DNA of 64,000 nt, taken from Octopus vulgaris (taxonomy: Eukaryota). Position numbers and translations under genes: made by a program. The stretch covers positions 37,386,001 through 37,450,000 of the forward strand of contig OX597824.1 of NCBI GenBank assembly GCA_951406725.2, in the 5' to 3' direction. Positions 38,274 through 50,163 of this stretch are shown in pieces. Every line of letters starts with the position of its first letter. Position 1 is the stretch's first letter. Below the pieces are notes generated by a model. The model was not told the origin of the DNA, searched no databases, and saw only the letters and a list, made by a program, of their open reading frames with translations.

Positions 38274-38696
38274 CTGCCACCTTAGATGAACATAAATCAT
38301 AAATGATGCTGAAGCAAAGGATGAAAAGCCCTGCTGAAGGATGCGCAGAACTAGTAAACCTCATGGAGACAAACTTACACACTATCCCATTTATTCAGAC
38401 TTGTGTACAATACTATATTATGGAACTTGTATGAATCATTGTTTGTGGTTGTGTGTGTGTTACACCAAAAGTACTGCTGAGTGGTAACTTTGGACCAATT
38501 TTTCACCCAGCTTCTGTTGAAGCTGAATAAAAGGATTGAGGTACAGAAAAATGAAAGTTTTTCTTTCCTTGTAAGAAGAACATTTTGGCAAATATGTTTC
38601 GATTCCACCAAATTTTGGACAATTTAATATTTGCCATGAACTCCCCCGTTTCTTTGGAGATTCTAAACTTACCAAAGAAACGTTCTTTCGAGAATG

Positions 38697-38718
38697 TTAT
38701 TTATTTATTTATTTATTT
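38697..38718 (+). promoter_or_regulatory. AU-rich element in the putative IkB 3' UTR
   Basis: Four overlapping ATTTA pentamers at 38699-38715. Candidate ATTAAA signal at 38858-38863. Confidence 0.55.
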
Positions 38719-39329
38719 GTATAGTAAAATTATTTTTATAATGAATTTCTTGTTTTGTGTTTGTATTTAAATTTGACTTTATATCATCTGGAGACTGATT
38801 AAGGATATACCAGATCAACAAGTATGTCATACTAACGTCTAGTAATGTTATGGTTGAATTAAACAGTTAAAAATTACAACTGGCTAATCAGCAGGCACAA
38901 AGCCCCCCCCCCCCCCGGAATAATTCTCTCCACTCCCTCCCAGTTGAGGGGTTTATTGTTTTGTAAAGTGCTTGGTGATCGTGCTGGTGCCACATGAAAA
39001 ATATCCAGTACACTTTATAGTTGGCATTAGGGCATCCGGCTGTAGAAACCATACCAAAAACAGACAATGGAACCTAGTGCAGCTCATCAAACTGTCCAAC
39101 CCATGCCAGCATGGAAAACAGATATTAAATGATGATGATAAAAGGTTCATAACTTGTCAGCGTTGCAGTGGAATCCTGCCTACCTAATTAAATATTTACC
39201 AGGCAAAGTACAATTTGTTGTTATAAACACTAATACCATTGATTAATGTGTTTTTAGTTTGGTGATGGGTCCGTGTTCAGCGAACCAGATTTTTATGTCA
39301 CCATTTAAATATCCACTTTTCCATTCTTA

Positions 39330-40070
39330 TATATATATATATATAAATAATACAAAATGGGACAAGAATGCAAAACATCTGGACAACTAGGTAATACAAA
39401 AAGGGGATAACAAAACATCCAGATAGATGATACAAAAAGACAAGGATGGGTCATTCGAAGCCTTTTATCCTCAATCAAGAACTGGATCATCCTTGCATTT
39501 TCGGCTGATTAATTTTGAGATTGCTCCAATCTGGCCAGCCCCAAGGAAAAACTAAGCTAAGAGCATTAGATTCCTTGGAAAAAAGCATCAAATGTATACG
39601 AAAACAAGGAAGGAAAAACAGACGATGTTACACGAATATAAAAATGATAACAGGACATAACAACAGACATCTTTCGACTGGGGACGAATTGAATTCAGCA
39701 GGCGTGTGGTAAGGAAGCCTTACGGCAGAGATACAAACCTTTCACGAACACTGGGAAGAATACTGATGTGTCTGACCATGGTCAGACGCAAAAGGGCTAG
39801 TAGTCTGGCCTATCGGTCACGTGAGAAGAGAGAAAAAGACGAACAAATGAATTAAGGAGGGGTAGGAGAAGAGAGAGTTGTAGAAGCAGATAGACAGAAG
39901 AATCAAGGAGTGGCGAGACAGACATAGTGAAGAGAAAAGTGAGTAAGAAAGGCAAAGAAATGTGAGAAGGGGGCGGGGGGAAGAAAGAACGAAACGGGAA
40001 AAGGTTGAAAAAGTACAAAATTTAGTGAAATGTGTACTTACATATAAGAGAACAAAGTGTACGTACGCTG

Positions 40071-40105
<35 letters not shown>

Positions 40106-40312
40106 GCAAAATGGAACAAGAACACAAAACATCTGGACAACTAGGTGATACAAAAAGGGACAACAAAACATCCAGATAGACGATATAAAAAAACAAGGAC
40201 GGGTCATTTGAAACCTTTTATCCTCAGTCAAGAACCGGATCATCCTCGCAATTTCGGCTGATTAATCTTGAGATTGCTCCAATTTGGCCAGCCCCAAGTA
40301 AAAAATAAGCTA
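39330..40312 (-). mobile_element. Partial tandem terminal repeats ending in (TA)n, probably Penelope-like
   Basis: 39345-39562 is directly repeated at 40100-40312. The family assignment is inferred from structure. Confidence 0.5.
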
Positions 40313-40600
40313 TTATCACCTTGACCGACCAGTCCGTCGGGCATCCATTTGACACTGCTGGTCACAGCATGCTGTCCACTCCTCTCTGGATCGCGCCTTT
40401 CTCATCCACGTGATCCCAATCGCCCTCCTGAAATCGTAACTCCACCATCATGGAGGCTTTCCGAGTGTTCGTTTCCACTTGCGCGGGTCCACAGATTATC
40501 AGTGAGCCTGGTTACGTGTCCAGCTCATCTAGACTTGCTGCGTGTATATTCTACGATGACATCCCTCATGCCGGACTTCTCTCTGATGACCTCGCTACAG
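40313..40600 (-). mobile_element. RTE-1-type LINE 3' end
   Basis: The minus strand reads IREKSGMRDVIVEYTRSKSR*AGHVTRLTDNLWT, a decayed KxRWAGHVxRxxDxRWT motif. Confidence 0.75.
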
Positions 40601-40604
40601 ATAT

Positions 40605-43600
40605 ATCTCTCTTTTAATCTTTTCAGCCATGTGGCTGTGGTCATGCTGGAACACCACCATGGTCTTTCTGATTTTCTCAGCCTGGGGTGTTTCACATCAC
40701 CACTCCTGTATGCGCCTTTGTCCCAGCTGTTGGCCCGTTTGGTGTATAAGGGAGTTTGATTCTGCTGCCCTCATCTGTTGGGCTGTTGGTTCATCTGCTA
40801 TTATGGAGAGGAGGATGTCTGGTTCGTTTTTGAAGACATCTTCCAGTTTATTCAGATTTCTTCATTTTTGTGGCAGGGCATTGAAGAACTGTGGGCCTTT
40901 GAACCCTAGACTATTGCAGTACCTGGTCCCGAATTTAGATGGAGTGGATCGTACCTTTTAATACAATACAGTGGCAGCCAGCCCTGGTATTTGTATAACA
41001 CTCAATGCCAAAATTAGATACTAGCCTCTCTAGAGTTTTCCATATGTAGATTATTGCATATCTCTCATGCCTTCACTCCAGGGAGTAAAGGCGCAATTTT
41101 CTCAACCTATCTCTGTAGCTCATCTGCAGCACTGTTTCAATGAGTGTAGTGGCATTGGAATGCTTCAAGCTCTACTGTTAGTTTGGCACTATGTGGTGAC
41201 CATAACTGGGAGCAGTAGTGCAGGCGGCCGAGAACAAAGGTTCTCCAGAGGGTCAGCATAGTTTCTTGGTCTTTTGTCTTGAAGGACCTCAGTATCCATC
41301 CTGCCAGTTGTCGGCACTTTGTTGCCATCTTACTAAGGTGCATATAAAATGAAATCTTTATTATGATCAAAATGATCGTACATAGAAAGGGACATCACAA
41401 GACGAACAAATACAAAAAGGTTATACGAGTTCGAATGAGTATTCTGTTAAAAATTTACTTTAAAATATTTTATATAACGTTTAATTTTTCCTTTAACTAG
41501 AACTTTTTTTTTTAAAGAAAATAAAGAAAGAAAACGATTAAAAGTTCAAAGGATCGAACCCGGAAGCCTATAAGGCCCAGCAACTATCTTTTCCTTTCAT
41601 CAATGATTAAGCTGGGTTACTAACACCCACCTTTCTCATCACATCCTTCCATCGTTTTTCGTATTCACTCGGTGGCAGGGTCTTCCTCTCCAACCCCATC
41701 TTGCTCTTCAGATGGTATATGAAGTAAGACAGTAAACCGGGTCCAGAGATGAAGGACCCTTTCACAGAACCTTCCATTCTAGTCCTCCAAACACACCCTT
41801 TCAATACTGCAACCGTACAGTAAAAGCATGCCTTACCTCCCTTTGTGAGTCCAGTTGGCGGTATCATCTTTATCATAGATCCAGCTGACAGCTGTACTCG
41901 TCCCAGATGCGACAGCATGTGTTCAACGTAACTTATCAAGCTGGATAGCTCCCGACATTGTACAAAAGCGTGCTGGACAGTTTCATTGTCCAACCCGCAT
42001 CTTGGACACGTCGGTGGCACTGATATTCCGTGCCTGGATAACTTATTGCGAACAGGTAAAGCGTTCCCGTAGCACTACCAGGTCAGGAAGTTATCCAAGT
42101 ACCCCGGCCTGAAAGTTTTTTTGAACTGGTTGGCAAGTTGGTTCTCATCGAACCCCAGAGCCTCTCCTAGGACGTCATCGTTTTTTTGCCTCTACCAGCT
42201 CTCTATAGAACACCGAGGTGGTATTCCCGCTGCCGGCCTTGCCCGTCTTGTGGATCAGCCAGAGTGCCTAACGGCACTCATTCTGCTATAAAGTCAGGTT
42301 ACGTCTTTTAACGAGACCGGGTTTAAATCTCTCCAAAGTGGCCGGTCGCGACAAGAGCTCCCTCGCCAGCGGACTCCACACCTTAACACCGTCCAAGTGG
42401 CACCAGAGATGTCTCAGCCTCAACGCGTGTCTGCGCATCATCAGCCAGGGAATTCCCAGTTCACCCTTTAACGGTTCCTGGCAGCAAACGGAGCGCCTCA
42501 CAAGTGGCTTTCCTCCCTTCCACAAAAAGCGGAAGACGAGTCGTTCCAACTTGTTTAGCCACATATAGGGGCAAGGCACAACGGACAGCGGTAGGTGATT
42601 ACAGATGATATAAACACCTGCACAGAACTCCCATTTTGTTGCCAGTTTGCATAGACACCTGCCAGTATCTCCCCGAACAAGTCCGGCATACAATGATAAA
42701 ACTCTTAGGGCAGACCATCTATCCCCGGCGCACTCGGCCAACACCTCTCTCACCTCCGCGGGAGTGATCGGTCCTTCACAGCATTCAGCTTCACGTGCCG
42801 AAAGTCGTGGCCCACCGGCTAGGAAGTCCCTTAAGGGCTCGCTCCGCTCAAGCGGACCACTCTCCCCGAACAACCGAGCGAAATGCTGGTGAAAGACTTT
42901 CTGCATCTCCTCATGTACATAGATCTTGCGTCCCCGTTCGTCCGTTAAAGACTTTATAGAGGACTTTTTACCTCTCTGACTCTCCACACGACGTGCCCAT
43001 CCGGCAACATTAATACCTTCTCGCTTCCCTGCACGTAGCTTGGCTTTGACTCTGCAACCTTCATGTTTGGCATTGAAGTGGCGGTACAAGACCGTCCTCG
43101 CTGCCAACGCTATAGGTGCAGAGCCAAATTCCATTGCCTCGTTTAAGTTCTTAACTAAATCACCCTCTATTCTGGTCCTGTCTAAACTTAGCTGCTTGCT
43201 AAATCTAATGGACTCTAAACGGATGGCTCTTTTGAGGGCGTGCCACCATCTATTGTTAATGATGGTGCCACATAATGCCCTCTGAACTAACACCTAAATC
43301 CGGGTACGGAAAGCTTCACAAGTCAAAATAGACTTGTTCATTTTCCAATACCCGGGTCCTTGTCTATGACATTTATCTACGTGTAGCTCACACGTCACAA
43401 GTTTGTGATCCGTGTAAGGCACAATACAAAATTGTGGACAACTAACATTATTCTTATTTCTTTCCTTAATAAATACCCTATCTAGGTACGATCTGCGTGA
43501 GCAGTCGTTGTTACTCCACGTCCACTGTGGAACGTTCGGCTCATCCAGTCGGTAACGGTCTACTAGATTACAGCTCTCTAGTAGACCCTTGAGGCAAGGA

Positions 43601-46600
43601 TTCCCTTTCCTATCAGTTGAGCCTACACTATCGACCCGTGAGGATTGTGTTGAAATCCCCTACCAAAACTAACGTTTTAGACGTCACTAGAAAGTGCTCC
43701 AGATTCCGGTAAAAACCAGACTGCCTACTCTTCTCAGGAGAGTAGACAGCTACCAACCTGAAGGACTACTTACTCGCATGAGTCACATCTAGTACAACCA
43801 ACCTGCCTTCTGGGTCCAGAAAGACAGTACTTATCTGTAAGTCTAAGTTTTTCCTGATAAGGACTGCCACGCCTGCATCCCTTCCTCGGCTAGGAGAAAA
43901 AATTTCTCGTAACCACTCAGAAGAGGCGAGAACGCTTGAGGTCCATTAATCTTGGACTCGGTTACAATAGCCACATCTATTCTATGTGTCATGAGGTCGT
44001 TCAGAAAACAAGCCTGTTTCCATCTCGACCCCATTCCACGCACATTTAAACAACCTAACTTAATCATCGAAGAAAGAAAAATAAACTTACTTACGGTTGT
44101 GAGAGGGAGTATGGCAGTCTATGTCTGCCCGCTTCCCCATCACTCCCCGTAGCTGCTGGGCTTTTCACCGGCGTTGCCACCGGGCTCTGGGTTGGAGTGG
44201 CTGCCGGGCTGATAATCAGCTTCCCAGCTATCACTTCCTGGGTTACATCTTTTATAAGTTTGTTTTGCACGTGTTCTTGGAGGAGTTTTCCTTTCCACTG
44301 CTCCTCTCCGACTTTGGCGTAACGTGTGTCAGACTCTTTGTCAGTCACTTTAAAAACTTTTATGCGGTTATTAGCTTTAATTAAGCGTAACACCTTTTCA
44401 TTTTTGTCATTAAATGAGATAATCTTGTCAGTTTTTTTAAAACCTTTTAGCGTTGGTGGGGTGAGGTTTATTAAAAAGCTGTCCTACAAATGTAGTGTCA
44501 ACCGGGTGGGATTGGGGAATTTTTTGCCCTTGTTCTTGTGTGTTTGTTGTTTTTCTTTTTGTTTGGGAAGGGGAGTCCGGGGTGCTTTCTTTTTTTACAT
44601 TTGTATGTCACTGTTGTGTACTCCATATCGGTTTGGTCATTTTCTTTTGTTTGTTTTTTTCTTCTTCCTTTTGTTCTTCATTCTGTTTTACATTTTGTTT
44701 CTTTTCATCCTTCTGTTTTTCGTTTTTTTTTTTTTTGTTATTATTTTCTTTTGTTGGTGCCACGTTCTCCTGTCTCTCTACGTTTTGGGGAGGGACCTCA
44801 ACTGTTTTTTTCTTCGTGCAGGTAGAGCGAACGTGACCCTTCTGCCCGCACTTGAAACACCTGGACCTACGTCCCTCCACCGACACACTAATTGTATACC
44901 CCTCCCCTACGAAGACTCTATCGGGTAAATTTTGGTTGTCAGCTTGAATTACCATTTCTACCATTTGTCCCCTCCAGTTTGTCGGTTCCTTTTCCCTCAT
45001 GCTCAGGATTGTTATTTTGCCTTCGACGTCATATATTACTGCTGTCGCTGCCCACATTACTTCATAACCAACAGGTATGTCCTCAACTGTCACTTTCGCC
45101 GTTCGCCGACCCAAATACTTCGGCAGCAACATAATTTCTTCGTTTTTCAACGTTTGGGTCCTTTGCTACGTTAGCCGACTCGAAGTGTGCTTCTATTGTA
45201 GCACTTCTTACACCTCGGCTAACGTAGCACACCTTGTTCCATATCGGAGACGTCCACCGCTCAACCATTCCATTCTTCACCTCGGCGATTCTTTTTTCCT
45301 TGATATTAAACACCTTATAAACGACTGTTTTTTTCCCGAATTGCTTGAACAGTTTCCGGGGGCGGCACCAACTTGGTCTCTTCACCAGTTTTTTCGATTA
45401 ATTTTCTGAACTGGAAGAGCTCGTCCATTGCTACTCCCAGTTCGATGACATTGCCACCTACGGCGGCCGAAAAACTTTGCTTTTCCTTGTTATCCTTTTT
45501 TTTCCCGTTGTTATTCCTTCTTCCCATCTCGGGAAAATCATTTTTGGATGCGAGGTCGTACTCCGTGATGTAGCACAAGAAAACCTTGTCACAAATGACA
45601 AGAGACAAATTTTCAGAATTCAGAAATTTTCTGCCCCTTAGGGCGAAAATTACTGTTTGTCACAAGACAACAGTTCAATAATAAAAAACACAGACAGAAA
45701 CGAACTCACGTAACAAATAGATAGCAAGTGAAAATATAGTCGCGCAACTGAGGAAAAAGAAGATACAAATTGGAGATTCAAGTTTAAAAGGTGCATATAA
45801 AATGATGTGTCATTGTATATACTGATCTCCAAGTCTTTCACTGCCTGTGACTCTGGGACAGTGCCTTTGGGTCCTGTATATGCAGGCCGTAGTGCATTTG
45901 TGAGTTGATAATGCAGTGCTTGAAATTTTCCATCATTAAAATGCTTGTTTATTTCAGCCCGCTTGCATATCAAATTCAGGTCCTGCTGTAAGCTTGTGAT
46001 GTCATCTTGATTTTTTTTTATTGCCTTTAATAATTTTGTATTATTGGCAGAGTTAGTGACGGTGGGCATGTCTATGAGGGCTATTATGAACAGTAATGGC
46101 CCCAAGACAGTTCCCTGGGACATGCCGCTTAGGATTTGAATTTCCTCAGAAAGGGCACCATTGACTGCAACTACCTGACTTCTGTCTTTAAGAAAATCAT
46201 GCAGCTACTCTCCCAGTTTACCAGCAATGCCAAGGTCTCATAGCTTATGACATATCATGCCATGATCTACCTTATCAAATGCCTTTGCAAAGTCAAGGTA
46301 TATTACACTGACATCTGAATGGGCAAGCAGCTGTTTCAAAATCTAGTCATAGTGCTGTATTGATTGTGTGAGGCAGCTTCTTCCTGGACTGAAGCCATGC
46401 TGTGTATTGTTCAGTAGGTCATTTTACTTCTAGGAACATTATCAACCTCTACTGATATGTGAAGTCAGAGAGATTGGCCTGTAGTTTTTGGCCTCTGCTC
46501 TGCTTCCACCTTTGTCGATCTGGAATATAATGTCTTCTTTCAGCTTTTTAGGAAGTTTGTCATTTGCAAGGAAACTTTGGAAAAGTATCTGAAGTGATTT

Positions 46601-46880
46601 TGCTAAACCTGCTTACATGACTTCAGGAAATAGCTGAAAAGCCATCAGGACCAGTTGTGGAGCATGAACTCATTTCATCTATCGCCACTGTTACATCTAT
46701 CTGTCTCCTCAATGTTGATGTGATCGATGGCTGCTGCCTCCTTTTTCAGAGCTGCAACATTAAAGAATTCAGCTGGATTTTTTATATGCATGTTTCCAAG
46801 GAGAGAAGTGAAGACACTTTTAAGTTGTTCACTGAGTATCTTACTTATCCTTCTTGGGTCTGTGGTCAGTGAGTCATTCC
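40605..46880 (-). mobile_element. CR1/L2-like LINE (decayed), split by the L1/Tx1 insertion
   Basis: 45788-46880 has YLDFAKAFDKVDH...QGTVLGPLLF, and 40605-41352 continues MHLSKMATKCRQLAGWILRSF. The halves rejoin across the TSD and match the element at 62686-64000. Confidence 0.9.
41353..45787 (-). mobile_element. L1/Tx1-clade LINE with ORF1 and ORF2, RT core deleted, 18-bp TSD
   Basis: ORF1 pieces ~45527-44091 contain a CX2CX4HX4C knuckle (CFKCGQKGHVRSTC). ORF2 from 44067 has an APE start (MIKLGCLNVRG) and C-terminal CPRC..ETVQHAFVQC. TSD AAGGTGCATATAAAATGA at 41335-41352 and 45788-45805. Confidence 0.93.
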
Positions 46881-46939
46881 CTTGGAATAATGATCCTATT
46901 TTATATTGGCAGAGAGACAGAAATTGCCATTTATATATA

Positions 46940-46986
<47 letters not shown>

Positions 46987-46994
46987 CACACACA

Positions 46995-48760
46995 CAAATA
47001 TACTGCACTTATTTGACAACATAAACTTCCACAAAGCAGACTGGGGAGCAATCAGAAAGGATCTGTCCTTTATTGTCTGGTCCTTCACTCTCAGTTCCAC
47101 TGACATTGAAACAACATGGCAGTGCTTTGAGGACATTGTCACCTATACCTGCTCAAAATACTCTTCTACAAAATCCACTAGCACAAACAGAAACAGGCTC
47201 CTTAGAGAGAAAAAAACACTCATCGGGAGAGCATCAAAAGACTTAACAAAAAATCAACCTATTAAAATACTCCCATATTCAACATCCACATTCAACATTC
47301 AAATTTAACAATGGCTGGAGTTGGAAAAACTTCACCTGCAGACCAACATGAAAACCTGCATTGACAGTCAAAGAACTGCAGATGAACAGTGGATAATCAA
47401 ACAGAACCCAGCAGTGTTCTATTCATATACAAGTAAGCATAGGACCACTGTCTCCATTGATTGATGATAATGGCATTCTCCAACAGGATGTTAAAAAAAT
47501 GACAGAAGTACTGCAGAAACAATACTGCTCTGTCTTTAGTGATCTCACTGATATTGACGTAAAGGATGTGAACAAAGTTGTTTCCCAGCATGTAACCTCA
47601 GACATAACCTTTACTGCTTCAGACACCATAGCAGCAATAAATGAGATCAAATACTATTTTGCTGTAGGCCCTGATAGATTCCCAGCTAGTCTCTGGAAGG
47701 AATGTAGACACTAACTTGCAGTCCCTCTAACCAACCTCTGGGGAAATTCTTTAGACTCAGTTTATATACCGAAATAGCCCTTATCCCAGTCTGTTATCCC
47801 GGTTTTCAAACAGTAAAACAGATCCTTCACAGTCAACTACCACCCAATCTCACTCACCTCCCATATCATCAAAGTGTTTGAAAGGGTGGTGAGATCAAGG
47901 ATACTTGGCTTCCTGGAGAGCCACAATCTCCCAAAGTCAAACCAGCATGGCTTTTGCTGTGGCAGGGACTGTCTAACACAGCTCTTACACCACATCAATG
48001 ATATCTTTAAAGCTTTGGGATCGGGTTCGAACTCTGATGTCATATATCTTGACTTCAGTAAAGCATTTGACAGAGTCAAACATAATATCCTAGTCAAAAT
48101 TGTCAAATGTTGGAATCTGTAGAAAACTACCACACTGGATTGAGTATTTCCTGAATAACAGAACACATGTTATGATCAATGAAATCCACTCAAGCCCAAC
48201 AAAAGTCACCAGTGGTGTTCCTCGGGGAACTGTCTTCGGCTCACTTCTCTTTATTGTCTATATAACAACCTTTCCAGCGTCATAAAACAGAGTTAAGTGA
48301 AAATATTCGCTGATGACTCTAAGCTCCAGAAAGTTATCAATGAAGAAGAAAACCGAACTGAACTCTAGACTGATCTACATGCTGTGAGTCAATGAGCAGA
48401 CAAAAACAAAATGCAACTAAATGAGGGAAAATTTGAGCTGATGCATTTTGGAAGAAAGATTATGCTAAAACAGCCATACGCTCTTCCTTCAGGGGAACCA
48501 CTCGCAACATCTAATAATATTAGAGACCTAGGAATAATTGTTGACAACAAGCTCAGCTGGAATTACCACATCAACAATAAGGTTGATATAGCTCATAGGA
48601 TGAGCTCCTGGATCCTAAGAACCTTCTGGTCCAGTGAACACAGTGTCATCATTCCTCTTTTCTCCTCCTTTAAAAACAAGGCTTTTCCTCCTCCATATTT
48701 TAAAGAGGGCTCAGGCCAGCAGTGTTTGGGGCCTGAAGATATGCCTTACGAGTGAGAAAC
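46995..48760 (+). mobile_element. CR1/L2-like LINE ORF2 relic
   Basis: NFHKADW, GPD, QHGF..GRDCLTQLL, YLDFSKAFDRV, SGVPRGTVFG, FADD and RDLG motifs, with stops and frameshifts. Confidence 0.9.
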
Positions 48761-48859
48761 TAAGGGTAACCCCATAAACCAGTCTGCCCCACTGTAATAT
48801 TAACTGCTCTACATCTTAGAGTGTGCTTCTCCTCTTGGATTTATGTATTTCTACAAATG

Positions 48860-48908
<49 letters not shown>

Positions 48909-49034
48909 TTCAGCAAAAATTTAGATTCAAATGAATATGGTACTTAATTTAGATGCACCAGAATTTTGTATGGTGTTATCCATAAAAATCCGTGGGGTGA
49001 TTATAATCAAAATAAGCAACAAGAATGACTCTGG

Positions 49035-49127
49035 TAATTTGGTACGATCGTTTCGTACTACATCATTTTATTAAATGTTGTAAGTATTACAACAGATTTA
49101 AGATGCTGAGTACTCATCAGCCAATTA
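49035..49127 (-). ncRNA. Type I hammerhead ribozyme, apparently intact, in a ~340-bp element between (TA)n tracts
   Basis: Minus strand: UUGG-CUGAUGA-GUACU...AGUAC-GAAA-CGAUCG-UA-CCAA. All core nucleotides and three helices are present; predicted GUA cleavage between 49043 and 49042. Confidence 0.8.
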
Positions 49128-49301
49128 TAGAGGTTTTCCATTAATACAAAAATTTTCAAATCAAGTGGCAACATTATAGAGAAGGTAGATATATAGACAA
49201 AGATGTGGATTTAAATTTTAAGAACATATGAAGTAGTGGAGTCCCTCTATATATATAAACATATTTATATATAAACATATTTATATATATATTTATATTT
49301 A

Positions 49302-49342
<41 letters not shown>

Positions 49343-49462
49343 AATATAAACATATATATATATATATACATACATACGTACATAGGTATACGTTTATATA
49401 TAAACATATATATAAACGTATATATATATAAACACACAGACACACACACACACACATATATA

Positions 49463-49780
49463 TAGGCATGGCTGTGTGGTAAGAAGCTTGCTTCCCAACC
49501 ACAAGGTTCCGGGTTCAGTCCCAAGTGTTTGGGCCAACCAAACCCTTGTAAGTGAATTTCGTAGACGGAAACTGGAAGAAGTCTGTTGTGTATATATATA
49601 TATGTATATGTTTGTGTATGTTTGTCCCCCTATCATCACTTGATAACTGATGTTGGTGTGTTTACATCCCTGTAATTTAGTGGTTCGGCACAAGTGACCA
49701 ATATAATAAGTATTAGGCTTATAATGAATAAGTCCTGAGGTCGATTGGTTCGACTAAAGACCATGCTCGAGTAAAAGAAT
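49463..49780 (+). mobile_element. SINE family A, internally deleted
   Basis: Head and body match family A. Confidence 0.8.
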
Positions 49781-50000
49781 AAGGAATATATGTCTTGCAA
49801 ACAACTTGCACATGCAAGTGCTACCAGTTAAAAGCTCTGTATACCAGAAGCTAGCAAGTGTATGGGGTCATCAGGAGAGAATGTGCACCGTTTCGGGGCC
49901 TACCTCTCAACGGCACCAATGCGCACCGGCCCCCCTCACTGATATGAGGCCCCGCTTGCTAGATCAGCTGGTTATTTATATATATATAAATATATATATG

Positions 50001-50064
<64 letters not shown>

Positions 50065-50126
50065 AAATTTTTTTTTTAATTTATCTAGTTTCAGCTCACA
50101 AGTTGTGGCCATGCTGGGGCACCGCC

Positions 50127-50163
<37 letters not shown>

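Noticed and set aside
44326-44928. 200-aa Phe-rich, membrane-like ORF on the plus strand
   Set aside because: Antisense shadow of the Lys/Glu-rich A-tract of the Tx1 ORF1.
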